From the NCBI GenBank assembly GCA_037441385.1, contig JBBISH010000051.1, positions 1-41,134 of the forward strand: a DNA stretch of 41,134 bases, read 5' to 3'. Position numbers and translations under genes: made by a program. Of the stretch, positions 1 to 7,725 are shown in pieces. Below the pieces are notes generated by a model. The model saw nothing but the letters and a program-made list of their open reading frames with translations. It was not told the origin of the DNA and did not search any database. Position 1 is the first letter of the stretch. Every line of letters begins with the position of its first letter. The stretch is from Myxococcales bacterium (GTDB lineage: Bacteria; Myxococcota_A; UBA9042).

Positions 1-100
1 AGCGGGGCGGCCGCCGCAGGCGGCGGGGTGAGGGCTAAGTGCCGCGGTTCGCACAGGTTTCCAATAGAACCAGGGTGCTAGTAGCTATCCGGTAAGGCAG
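1..100. mobile_element. Right-hand part of a MITE-like element (left part off-window); terminal repeat TATCCGGTAAGGCAG at 86-100
   Basis: 86-100 is identical to the reconstructed right end of the element at 6012-6299 (6150-6159 + 6295-6299). It also carries the same GC hairpin + GGGGTGAGGG motif (10-34) and lies immediately 3' of the hisB stop codon. Confidence 0.5.
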
Positions 101-103
101 GAG

Positions 104-718
104 TCAGTCCAGCGCCCCCTTGGTGCTGGGCACCTGCCCCGCCGCCCGTGGATGCCGCGCCACCGCCCGCTCCAGCGCGCGCGCAAAAGCCTTGAACAGC
201 GCTTCGCTTTTGTGGTGGTCGTTCTCGCCACACAGCAGCCGCAGGTGCACGTTGGCGCCCAGGCCCATCGCCACGGCGGCAAAGAATTCGTGAACCAAGT
301 CGCTCTGTAGCTCGCCCAGGAACGGCCGCGCAAACGTGGCCTCGAAGTGCAGGTACGGCCGGCCGGCGATGTCGAGGGCACACTCGGCCAGCGCTTCGTC
401 CATGGGGAAACGCGCGTCGCCGCAACGCCAGATGCCGCGTCGGTCCCCTAGCGCCTGCCGCAACGCCTGCCCCAGCACCAGCCCGGTGTCTTCGACGGTG
501 TGGTGCTGGTCGATGTGCAGGTCGCCCGCGATATCCAGCTCCACGTCCAGGTGGGCGTGGCGGGTCAGCGCGTCCAGCATGTGACCAAAGAAGCCGATCG
601 GACAGTGGATCTTGGCTTGGCCCACGCCGTCCAGATTCACGGCGCAGCGGATCTGCGTCTCACTGGTGTTGCGCTCCACCACGGCCTGGCGGGCCGCCTG
701 CTCTACTGCTCCAGCCAC
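104..718 (-). CDS. hisB: Imidazoleglycerol-phosphate dehydratase (monofunctional HisB)
   Basis: Motifs ERNTSETQI, IGFFGHMLD, DLHIDQHHTVEDTG, PMDEAL, ENDHHKSEALFKAFARAL and the C-terminal PSTKG. Likely GTG start at 718, overlapping the hisC stop, with a GAGGTG RBS. Confidence 0.95.
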   Translation of the reverse strand: MAGAVEQAARQAVVERNTSETQIRCAVNLDGVGQAKIHCPIGFFGHMLDALTRHAHLDVELDIAGDLHIDQHHTVEDTGLVLGQALRQALGDRRGIWRCGDARFPMDEALAECALDIAGRPYLHFEATFARPFLGELQSDLVHEFFAAVAMGLGANVHLRLLCGENDHHKSEALFKAFARALERAVARHPRAAGQVPSTKGALD

Positions 719-2487
719 TGCATCACCTCGTCCACACTGGCAAATACCCACTCGGCGCCGGCCTCGAACAGCCGCTCGCACAGACCGTCGTTCCAGGTCG
801 CCTGCGGCGGCAGCACGCCCACCGCCCGCACCCCAGCGGCCGTCGCCGCGCGCATATCGTCCACGGAATCGCCCAAATAGGCCGCCTCCGTCGCGCCCAC
901 GCTCAGGCGCGCCAGCATCCGCAAAATGCCGTCGGGCGCGGGCTTATTGGGCCCATCTTCCATTGCCACTACACGATCGGCACTCCAAGTATCGGTCGCT
1001 TCAGCAATTTCCAACGCACGCAGGGCCTCTACTCGCGGCCGTCCGGTGACGATGGCCGTGCCATAGCCTTGGCGAATTCGCGCGCGCAACATGGCGGATA
1101 CGCAAAATTCCTCTTGCGTGATCAGGCCATCGCCGTCGTCGCCCCAGTACAGGCTCTGAAACGTCTCTACCACCTGATCGTAGCCCACCGCGCCGCCCAG
1201 TTCTTGGATCAGTGCGTGGCAGCAGTCCCAGTCGTTGTTCAAACCGCCGCGCCACTTCAGCTTTTCCACGGCCTCTAGGTTGGCCTGTGCCACCACCGCA
1301 GCCGGGGCTCCGTAGCGCGCCAGCAAGGCCTGCGCCGTTTCGACGATCGCCACCCGGTACGAGCGGGCCGTGTCGACCAGCGGCCCATCCATGTCGAACA
1401 CCAGCGCCCGCAAGCGCGGCGGCGGCTGCAGGTGCTTCTTCAGCGCCGCCACCACCCGCGCCATCTGCTGCGGCGAACCCAAACCAATTCGCACCCAACC
1501 ACGCGTACTTGCGTGAGCTCGGCTGCGGTCGCGCAGCAAGATGCCCTCGCGCGCCAGGGTTGCCACCAACTCGCTGGCCCGGTCGCCCAGGTGCGCCAGC
1601 ACAAAGTTGGCGTGGAGAGGCCCCACCTGCACCCCAAGAGCCTGCAACTGCTGCGCAAACGCGGTGCGCGTCGCCGCGATGTTCGCTACGTGCTCGGCCA
1701 ACAGCTGCGGGTTCTGCATCGCCGCCAGCGACGCGGCGATCGCCGGACGTGCCACGTTGAAGGGGGGCAGAAGCTTGCGCAGCGTCTGGATGTTCTGCGC
1801 CTGCGCCAGCACCGCGCCCACCCGCAGTCCTGCCAGGCCATAGACCTTGGAGAACGAACGCACCACCAGCAGGTGCGGGTAGCGCTCGACCCAAACGGCC
1901 ACGCTGGAACCCACGAATTCAACGTACGTCTCGTCCACGATCACCGGACAGGTCAGGCGCTGCAGCGTCGCTTCGATCACGGCAGGCGGCACCAGCGTCC
2001 CGGTCGGGTTGTTCGGCGTCGTCAGAATCGCCAGGCCCACCTGATCGTCCAGCGCCGCGTACCAAGCGTCCGCATCGAACGTGAAATCCGTTTTCAACGC
2101 CACGCCCCGCAGCGGCGAGCCGTAGACCTTGGCCCACAGCGCGAACATGTCAAAGCCCGGCTCGGGCATCACCACCGCCCGGCCGGGCAGCAAAAATGCC
2201 TCGAAGATCGCCTTGATGGCCTCGTCGCCGCCGGCCGTGCACGTCACCTGATCCGCCTGCACGCCAAAATAGCGCGCCGCCGCGGCATGCCAGGCCCCGT
2301 AGTTCGGGTAGGTAGCCAGGTGTGCGCCCGTCAGCTCGTCGCGCACGGCCTGGACAATCACCGGGTGGGCACCCTGAGCATGCTCGTTGACGTCCAGCCG
2401 CAACAGCCCTACGCGCTCGCCGTCCGGGATGGCATAGGCCTGCACCCCGGCAAGATCAAAGCGAGTCTTGAGCTGGTCCGCCGCCAC
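703..2487 (-). CDS. hisC: Histidinol-phosphate aminotransferase fused to a C-terminal HAD-IA hydrolase (putative histidinol-phosphate phosphatase)
   Basis: N-terminal ~355 aa carry LRLDVNE, PNNPTG, VDETYVEF and the PLP lysine motif RSFSKVYGLAGLRVG. The C-terminal part carries FDMDG, GGLNNDWD, IVTGRP, KPAPDG and YLGDSVDDM. Located between hisG and hisB. Confidence 0.9.
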   Translation of the reverse strand: MAADQLKTRFDLAGVQAYAIPDGERVGLLRLDVNEHAQGAHPVIVQAVRDELTGAHLATYPNYGAWHAAAARYFGVQADQVTCTAGGDEAIKAIFEAFLLPGRAVVMPEPGFDMFALWAKVYGSPLRGVALKTDFTFDADAWYAALDDQVGLAILTTPNNPTGTLVPPAVIEATLQRLTCPVIVDETYVEFVGSSVAVWVERYPHLLVVRSFSKVYGLAGLRVGAVLAQAQNIQTLRKLLPPFNVARPAIAASLAAMQNPQLLAEHVANIAATRTAFAQQLQALGVQVGPLHANFVLAHLGDRASELVATLAREGILLRDRSRAHASTRGWVRIGLGSPQQMARVVAALKKHLQPPPRLRALVFDMDGPLVDTARSYRVAIVETAQALLARYGAPAAVVAQANLEAVEKLKWRGGLNNDWDCCHALIQELGGAVGYDQVVETFQSLYWGDDGDGLITQEEFCVSAMLRARIRQGYGTAIVTGRPRVEALRALEIAEATDTWSADRVVAMEDGPNKPAPDGILRMLARLSVGATEAAYLGDSVDDMRAATAAGVRAVGVLPPQATWNDGLCERLFEAGAEWVFASVDEVMQWLEQ

Positions 2488-3339
2488 CTACGCCACCACC
2501 TTGCGGATGCCCGTCTCCAGGATGTCGGTCGCGCCCAAGCGCTTCAGCTCGGGCAGCAGCGTCGCCACCTGGTTCTTGGGCACCGCCACCTTCACCGCAA
2601 AGCCGGACTCGCCATACAGTTTCGAAATCGTGGGGCTTTTCATGCACGGCAGCGCCTGCACCAGCGTCCCCAGTCGCGCTTCGTCGATGTTCATCTCGAG
2701 CAGCACGCGCTGCCGACCATCCAACACAGCGCGGAACAGCAGCAACAACTCGTCGATCACGCGGCGCTTTTCGGGATCGTCCAGCGCCTGCTTGTTGGCC
2801 ACCAGCACGGTGGTCGACCGCAGCAGCGTGTCCAGGATTTTCAAGTTGTTCTCGACCAGCGTCCGGCCCGAGGCCGTGTTGTCGACGATCAGGTCGGCGT
2901 CCTCGGGTGGGAACACCTCGGTCGCGCCGTACGAGCGCATGAAGTGGTAGCGCGCGCCGCGGGCATCCAGCCAGCGCCGCGTCAACGACTCGTACTCGCT
3001 CACGACCACCAGCCGCGGCCGCGCCAGCAACTCGGCCTCGTCGCAGTCGGCCGGCGCGGCGGCCACGATCCGCACCGGGTCAAAGCCCAGATCCAATAGC
3101 TCGACCACGTCGGCGTCGTTCTCGGCCACCCAGTCGCGACCGGTAAAGCCGATGTCGTGCGAGGCCAGCGCCACCAAGGCCGGAATATTCTGAGCTTTCA
3201 AGATCTTCATACGCAGACGGCTGTCCGCGCAGTCGGGCCGGTAGCCACGCTCGGGAATCTGCACGGGCAGACCGGCATCGGCCATGAGCAGCAGGACCTT
3301 GTCGGCGATCCGGCCTTTGGGCAGGGCAACTTTGAGCAT
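2488..3339 (-). CDS. hisG: ATP phosphoribosyltransferase, long form
   Basis: MLKVALPKGRI start, DIGFTGRDW, LLDLGF, SYGATEVFP, DLIVDNTASGRTL and a C-terminal regulatory domain (PCMKSPTISKL...LKRLGATDIL). ATG at 3339 chosen over the ORF-track start. Confidence 0.95.
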   Translation of the reverse strand: MLKVALPKGRIADKVLLLMADAGLPVQIPERGYRPDCADSRLRMKILKAQNIPALVALASHDIGFTGRDWVAENDADVVELLDLGFDPVRIVAAAPADCDEAELLARPRLVVVSEYESLTRRWLDARGARYHFMRSYGATEVFPPEDADLIVDNTASGRTLVENNLKILDTLLRSTTVLVANKQALDDPEKRRVIDELLLLFRAVLDGRQRVLLEMNIDEARLGTLVQALPCMKSPTISKLYGESGFAVKVAVPKNQVATLLPELKRLGATDILETGIRKVVA

Positions 3340-3375
3340 GATACCATCGGGACCCACAGGGGCCACAGCGCAAGC

Positions 3376-3404
3376 AGCGTAGCGCGCCCATCCAGACTTG
3401 TGAA
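3376..3404 (-). promoter_or_regulatory. Putative sigma70-type promoter of the his operon
   Basis: Minus strand TTCACA-N17-TACGCT, about 35 bp upstream of the hisG ATG. Confidence 0.4.
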
Positions 3405-3602
3405 CCGCTGGGCGCAGGTCGGCCTTGGCCACACAAGATCTAACAAGCTGTGTAAGGTTTGTAAGCGAAGACGCCCAGCACGCTGCACCCTCCGTGCGCA
3501 TTCGGCTACACTACTTGCGAGGTCGACATGATTTGGCAGAAAACGCGCGCGAACGAAGGACGGAGTTGGCCCCTGGATCTTGCGGCAGTGCGGCCACACG
3601 GG

Positions 3603-5954
3603 ATGTACCGGGCAATGGGGCGGGCGCCGTCGTGGGCGATGGCGGCGGCGTTGGCCACTGCGGCGGCGTGTGCCGGCCCGGTCGTGAGCCCAAGCGAAGT
3701 CACACCGGCCGACGACGAAAGTGCCGACACCAAGGTGACTCGCCTCAAGAAGTTGCTGGCCGAGCAGCCCAATAGCCCCCTCGCCGCCCAATGGCGCGAA
3801 GAACTGCAAGCTGCGGGGGCGGCGGCGCAATTGACGCACGTCGACGCGGCCAATCGCCACATGAACGCCCACGACTTGGCGTCTGCAGAGGCCGAACTGG
3901 CGTTGGCGGCCAACTACAGTGTCACCGACACCCGCTATCTGGCGGCCAAGGGGCGAGTCGCCGAGCTGCGCGGCCGTTGCGCGATGCTTCAGGGCCAAAT
4001 CCGCGGCCTGCTCATGCGCCTGGAAGGCAAGCCCTACGCCAGCGCCGACGCGCCGCTGTATGCGCAACTGCTCGACAGTCTTGAGTTCTTGCTGGGCTGG
4101 CAAAAGGACTATCCCGGGGTCATCGAACTCCGCGACCGCGCTGCCCCGCTCCTGGCCGGCTACAAGGCGGCCGAGGCCCGCGCCGAGTGGGAGGCTGGCA
4201 ACGCCGATGCTGCGCAAGCCCGCTTGGCCGAAGCAGAACGCTGGAAGGCCGACCACCCTGCCGTGGTCGCCGCCCGCAAGGAACAACAGCAACACGGCGC
4301 CTTGGCGGCCGAACGCGCCGCGGTCCGCGATCTCTTGGCCGCCGGCAACCACACAGCCGCGTTGGCCCGCGCCGATCAAGCTTTGGTGAGCCATGGCGGC
4401 GATTCCGAGCTGGTCGGGATGCGCCGCAAGGCGGCTCGGGTGGTGATCGACGGCCAACTCGCGGCAGCCGTGACAGATTTGGGCGCGGGCCAATGGGCCG
4501 AGGCGGCGCAAAAGGTCGCCCAGGCACGCTTCATTGCCGGTACCGACCCCGAACTGCAGAAGGGCCTGGAAGTGGCCGTGCCTGGGCTGCAAAAGCCCAT
4601 GACCGCGGCCCTAGCGAAGCGCGCCGCGTCTGCGCAATCCAAGGGTTGGTCCGGCTCGGCGTGGTGGTACGGCCAAGTGCTGGCGGCCGTGCTGGGGGCC
4701 GACGCCAAACGCGACGCCGGTCAGGCCAAGCTGCTGGGCAATCTCAGCGAGGCGGCCCGCTTCCATGTGACCACGCGCGCACTTGCCCTGGACAAGCCCG
4801 TGGCAGCGGCGCTCGCGGCGGATCTGCCCGCGGCGGTGGTGCAACAGTCGGCGGCGGCCATGGCCAAGCGTCTGCTAGACTTGGGGCCGGTGGCAGCGAC
4901 GGTGAACACCGGGAAAAGCAAGCAAGTCGACGGTCTGCTGCAGCTGCAGTGGCCCAAGTTGAGCATCGAGCGAACTCAAGCGCAGCAGAAGCGAACCAAA
5001 GAGTTCTTGGACCATACCGAGCTGGTCGACAACCCCGAGTGGGCCCTGGCGCAGTCCAAGATGAGCGCCGAATTGGCCAAGCTCAACGCCGCCACCGACG
5101 AGGCGCGGCCATTGCGCGACACGGCCAACGTCGCAGAAAGCAAGCTTTTCCAGCTGCAGGGCCAGTTCGCCGACGTCAAACGCAAAATCGCCGAGGAAGA
5201 CAAGGCCACCTATGCCAACACGCCCTCTCCCTGCGCAGACGGCAAACTCGAGTGCCCCCAGACCAAGGCACACCTGCGCTGGAGGGCCAATCTAGAGTAC
5301 TACGAGCGCCGGATTGCCGAAGAGAGCGCCAAGCTGGCTGTGTTGGCCCCCAAACTGCGGGCCGCGCAAGAAGTGGAAGAGGCGGCGCAAAAGCGCTACG
5401 ACGCCGCGCGCGACATCGCCGAAAAGACGTCCCGCAAGATCCCCAATCCGGTGTACTTGCCGTACAGCTACGAGGTGACGCAACACCGGGTCAAGATTGC
5501 GGCGCAGATCAAGCTTGGGCTCACCGCCGGTACCGGCAAGACCGGCAAGCCTCTGGCCGAGGCGGCGCCGGGCATCGACGAAGTGCTGGAGGATTTTGCC
5601 AGCGATACCGTGATGATCAAGGGCCAGGTGCTCGAGCCCCAACACGTGCCGACCTTGCCCGACGACGCGAGCCTGACGACCGGTTTGGTGCATCGCTTGG
5701 TCGAGCCGGCCATGCAGCCCGTCTTGGACGCGCTGAGCCGGCACGCCGGTCGGTTCGTGGCCAAGGCCGACGCGGCAAAAACTCCAGACGAACAAGGGCA
5801 TTGGCTGGCCTTGGCCTGGCTGAGCCGCGCAGCCCTGGGCGAGCCCGAGCGGCAACAAGTGGTGGCCAAGCTCGCGGCCATCTACGGCTACGACCCCGCG
5901 ACCGGCGCGCTGAAGCTGAGCGTGCTGGTGCCGCCGCCGCCGCCCAAAAAGTAG
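3603..5954 (+). CDS. Large hypothetical lipoprotein, helical/TPR-like N-half and long coiled coil
   Basis: Long ORF with GC3-biased codons, a hydrophobic stretch and lipobox (MAAALATAAA-C) and an Ala/Glu/Lys-rich coiled-coil region. The start is uncertain (3528, 3603 or 3639). Confidence 0.75.
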   Translation: MYRAMGRAPSWAMAAALATAAACAGPVVSPSEVTPADDESADTKVTRLKKLLAEQPNSPLAAQWREELQAAGAAAQLTHVDAANRHMNAHDLASAEAELALAANYSVTDTRYLAAKGRVAELRGRCAMLQGQIRGLLMRLEGKPYASADAPLYAQLLDSLEFLLGWQKDYPGVIELRDRAAPLLAGYKAAEARAEWEAGNADAAQARLAEAERWKADHPAVVAARKEQQQHGALAAERAAVRDLLAAGNHTAALARADQALVSHGGDSELVGMRRKAARVVIDGQLAAAVTDLGAGQWAEAAQKVAQARFIAGTDPELQKGLEVAVPGLQKPMTAALAKRAASAQSKGWSGSAWWYGQVLAAVLGADAKRDAGQAKLLGNLSEAARFHVTTRALALDKPVAAALAADLPAAVVQQSAAAMAKRLLDLGPVAATVNTGKSKQVDGLLQLQWPKLSIERTQAQQKRTKEFLDHTELVDNPEWALAQSKMSAELAKLNAATDEARPLRDTANVAESKLFQLQGQFADVKRKIAEEDKATYANTPSPCADGKLECPQTKAHLRWRANLEYYERRIAEESAKLAVLAPKLRAAQEVEEAAQKRYDAARDIAEKTSRKIPNPVYLPYSYEVTQHRVKIAAQIKLGLTAGTGKTGKPLAEAAPGIDEVLEDFASDTVMIKGQVLEPQHVPTLPDDASLTTGLVHRLVEPAMQPVLDALSRHAGRFVAKADAAKTPDEQGHWLALAWLSRAALGEPERQQVVAKLAAIYGYDPATGALKLSVLVPPPPPKK

Positions 5955-6075
5955 CGGAAGAGTTGCCAGGCGCCTGCGGGACGAATGCCGAACCACGCGA
6001 TGCTACTGCGGCTGCCTTTCCGGTTGGCAACAGTGACAAGAATACTCAGTATTTGTATACCGTTGGGCGCATGAG

Positions 6076-6126
6076 CCCTCACCCCTGGGCGGGAGAGGGT
6101 GGACGGCAACGCCGGCCGGGTGAGGG
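6076..6126. repeat. REP-like palindrome CCCTCACCC...GGGAGAGGG...GGGTGAGGG
   Basis: CCCTCACCC (6076-6084) is the perfect complement of 6118-6126 and a near-complement of 6091-6099, with an inner CGGC-AAC-GCCG hairpin. A similar unit lies at 1-34. Confidence 0.6.
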
Positions 6127-6156
6127 GGCCGAGCCGTGACTGCTGTCGGTATCCGG

Positions 6157-6294
6157 TAATACCAGTTCCGTCCGAATCGGATCGAAAACTCGGGCAATTC
6201 TTCGGGCCCGAACCGGGGTCCCCGCCTGATTCTCGCCGGTTGCAGACCGGATCAGAGAAGCCGTACAGGCGTGAATCAGACGGGGTTCGCATAA
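6157..6294 (+). mobile_element. 138-bp structured dispersed repeat, copy 1 (TAA-bounded)
   Basis: 128/138 identical by manual alignment to the reverse complement of 28183-28320. Begins and ends with TAA and contains several hairpins. Confidence 0.8.
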
Positions 6295-6300
6295 GGCAGG

Positions 6301-6741
6301 CTACTGCGGCTCGGCCGGGCGCACCATGTGAATGTGAGGCAGCTCGGCTTCGACATACACAGGGCCGTCGGCCTGCCAGCCCAAGCTGCCGTACCAGGGC
6401 TGCAAGTGCGCCTGCGCACTCATCTCGCCGCGCCGACCCGCCATCGCCGCGTGCACATAGCGCATCAACTGGGTGCCGTAGCCTTGGTGCTGCAAGTCGG
6501 GGTGGACAGCGACCCGCCCCACCTTGACGCCATCGCCCTGCAAGAAGAGCCGCGCGGTGGCCATGACCCGGCCATCTGGTTGCAGCCGCCCCAGCACGTG
6601 CACGGCCTGCGGGTCGGCACCGTCGACCTCGGGCTCTGCCGTGATCTTCTGGCCCACCACAAAGACTTCGTCGCGGAGCCAAAGGATTTGGTACAGGTCC
6701 GTCAAGCTCAGGCGATCAAAAGGAACATGCTGAAACTGCAT
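6301..6741 (-). CDS. elaA: ElaA-family GNAT N-acetyltransferase
   Basis: LYQILWLRDEVFVVGQ, EVDGAD, ATARL, VKVGRVAV, QHQGYGTQLM, SAQAHLQPWY and the C-terminal PHIHM. Confidence 0.85.
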   Translation of the reverse strand: MQFQHVPFDRLSLTDLYQILWLRDEVFVVGQKITAEPEVDGADPQAVHVLGRLQPDGRVMATARLFLQGDGVKVGRVAVHPDLQHQGYGTQLMRYVHAAMAGRRGEMSAQAHLQPWYGSLGWQADGPVYVEAELPHIHMVRPAEPQ

Positions 6742-6780
6742 TGATTCTCCGTTTGACGCGGGCCAAGGTCGCGGGTTGGC

Positions 6781-7725
6781 TCAATAGCTGCCGCCGTCGG
6801 GCTCCAGTTCGCCGTCCTCGCCCACGCGGAAGATGCCGGTGGGCGGCTCTTCGCCGCGGTGCGCCGGGACCAGCGTCACGTTGTGCCAGTCGGCCAGCAC
6901 CTTGGCCACGGGTGGTGGCAGCCAGGGCAAGTGCACCACCGCCATCTGCACACGCCGCGCCACCAACGGCGCCAGCAACAGCACCAGCCAGCCCGGCGTG
7001 GACGAATTGCGCAGCACGGCTTCGACCACGCGCTCGTTGCCCAGCCAGCGCGGCACCATCAGCAGGCTCTGCAACGCCCACGGGTGTTGGCTGCGCAAGC
7101 TAGCGATCTGCACGGCCTGCGGCTCCAGCACGCGCGGGTTCTCAGCCAGGATCTGCACGACCGCGGGCGTGGTATCCAACAGCAAGATCTGCAACGCGTT
7201 CTTGTCGGTTCCGCGCGCCCGCTCGCGGCGCACGCCCAGCGGCCACTTTTCCACAGACGGATGCAGTGTCAGCAAGGTCTGGTCGCCGGGGCCAGTGCGG
7301 GCAAAGGCGTCGCGCAGGATGAGGTGCGCGAATTCGTTCTCGTGCTGGCAGCTCGCCGCCACCGCCAGCGCCAAGTGCACACCTTGCGGAGCCAACTCGT
7401 CGTCGGGCAGTGGCCAGTGCCCCACCGGGAATTTTGGCCGGGGCCTGGCGTGCAAAACCCATTGCGCCAGCCCCAGATACACGGCGCGCCAACCGCCAGT
7501 GATCGAGCCACGGGCCGCTTCGCTGAGGAGCGCCGCGAGCACGGCCGGTTCGGTCTCGCGCACCTGCTGCGCCACCCGGCGCAACCGCAAAGCGGCGTCG
7601 GGGGTCGCATCCACGACGCGCCGCAGGCGGATCAGGGCCTTGCCAGCCTGTTCGGCCAGACTCGCTGGCGCGGGCTGCGCTTGGACCGGTGCCAATTGCT
7701 CCGGCTCAAAGGGCGATTCGCTCAC
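6781..7725 (-). CDS. Conserved hypothetical protein (helical-repeat type seen in myxobacteria)
   Basis: 314-aa ORF whose GTG start overlaps the upstream stop (GTGA). Contains the pattern LGVRRERAR...LLLDTTPAVVQILAENPRV...AVLRNSSTP. Confidence 0.7.
   Translation of the reverse strand: MSESPFEPEQLAPVQAQPAPASLAEQAGKALIRLRRVVDATPDAALRLRRVAQQVRETEPAVLAALLSEAARGSITGGWRAVYLGLAQWVLHARPRPKFPVGHWPLPDDELAPQGVHLALAVAASCQHENEFAHLILRDAFARTGPGDQTLLTLHPSVEKWPLGVRRERARGTDKNALQILLLDTTPAVVQILAENPRVLEPQAVQIASLRSQHPWALQSLLMVPRWLGNERVVEAVLRNSSTPGWLVLLLAPLVARRVQMAVVHLPWLPPPVAKVLADWHNVTLVPAHRGEEPPTGIFRVGEDGELEPDGGSY

Larger units (their letters stand above)
6012..6299. mobile_element. MITE-like element with imperfect terminal inverted repeats and 10-bp target duplication, interrupted by a second element
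   Basis: Flanked by the direct repeat GCTACTGCGG (6002-6011 and 6300-6309). Left end CTGCCTTTCCGGTTGGCAACAG matches the reverse complement of the reconstructed right end CTGCCTTACCGGATACCGACAG at 17/22 positions. Confidence 0.6.

Noticed and set aside
1432..3099. Long antisense ORFs (e.g. 1432-3099, 24765-26378, 25909-27963, 34407-36248)
   Set aside because: Shadow frames of genuine genes with no motifs; expected at this GC content.
3340..3527. His attenuator/leader peptide upstream of hisG
   Set aside because: No His-codon-rich short ORF or terminator/antiterminator pair seen.
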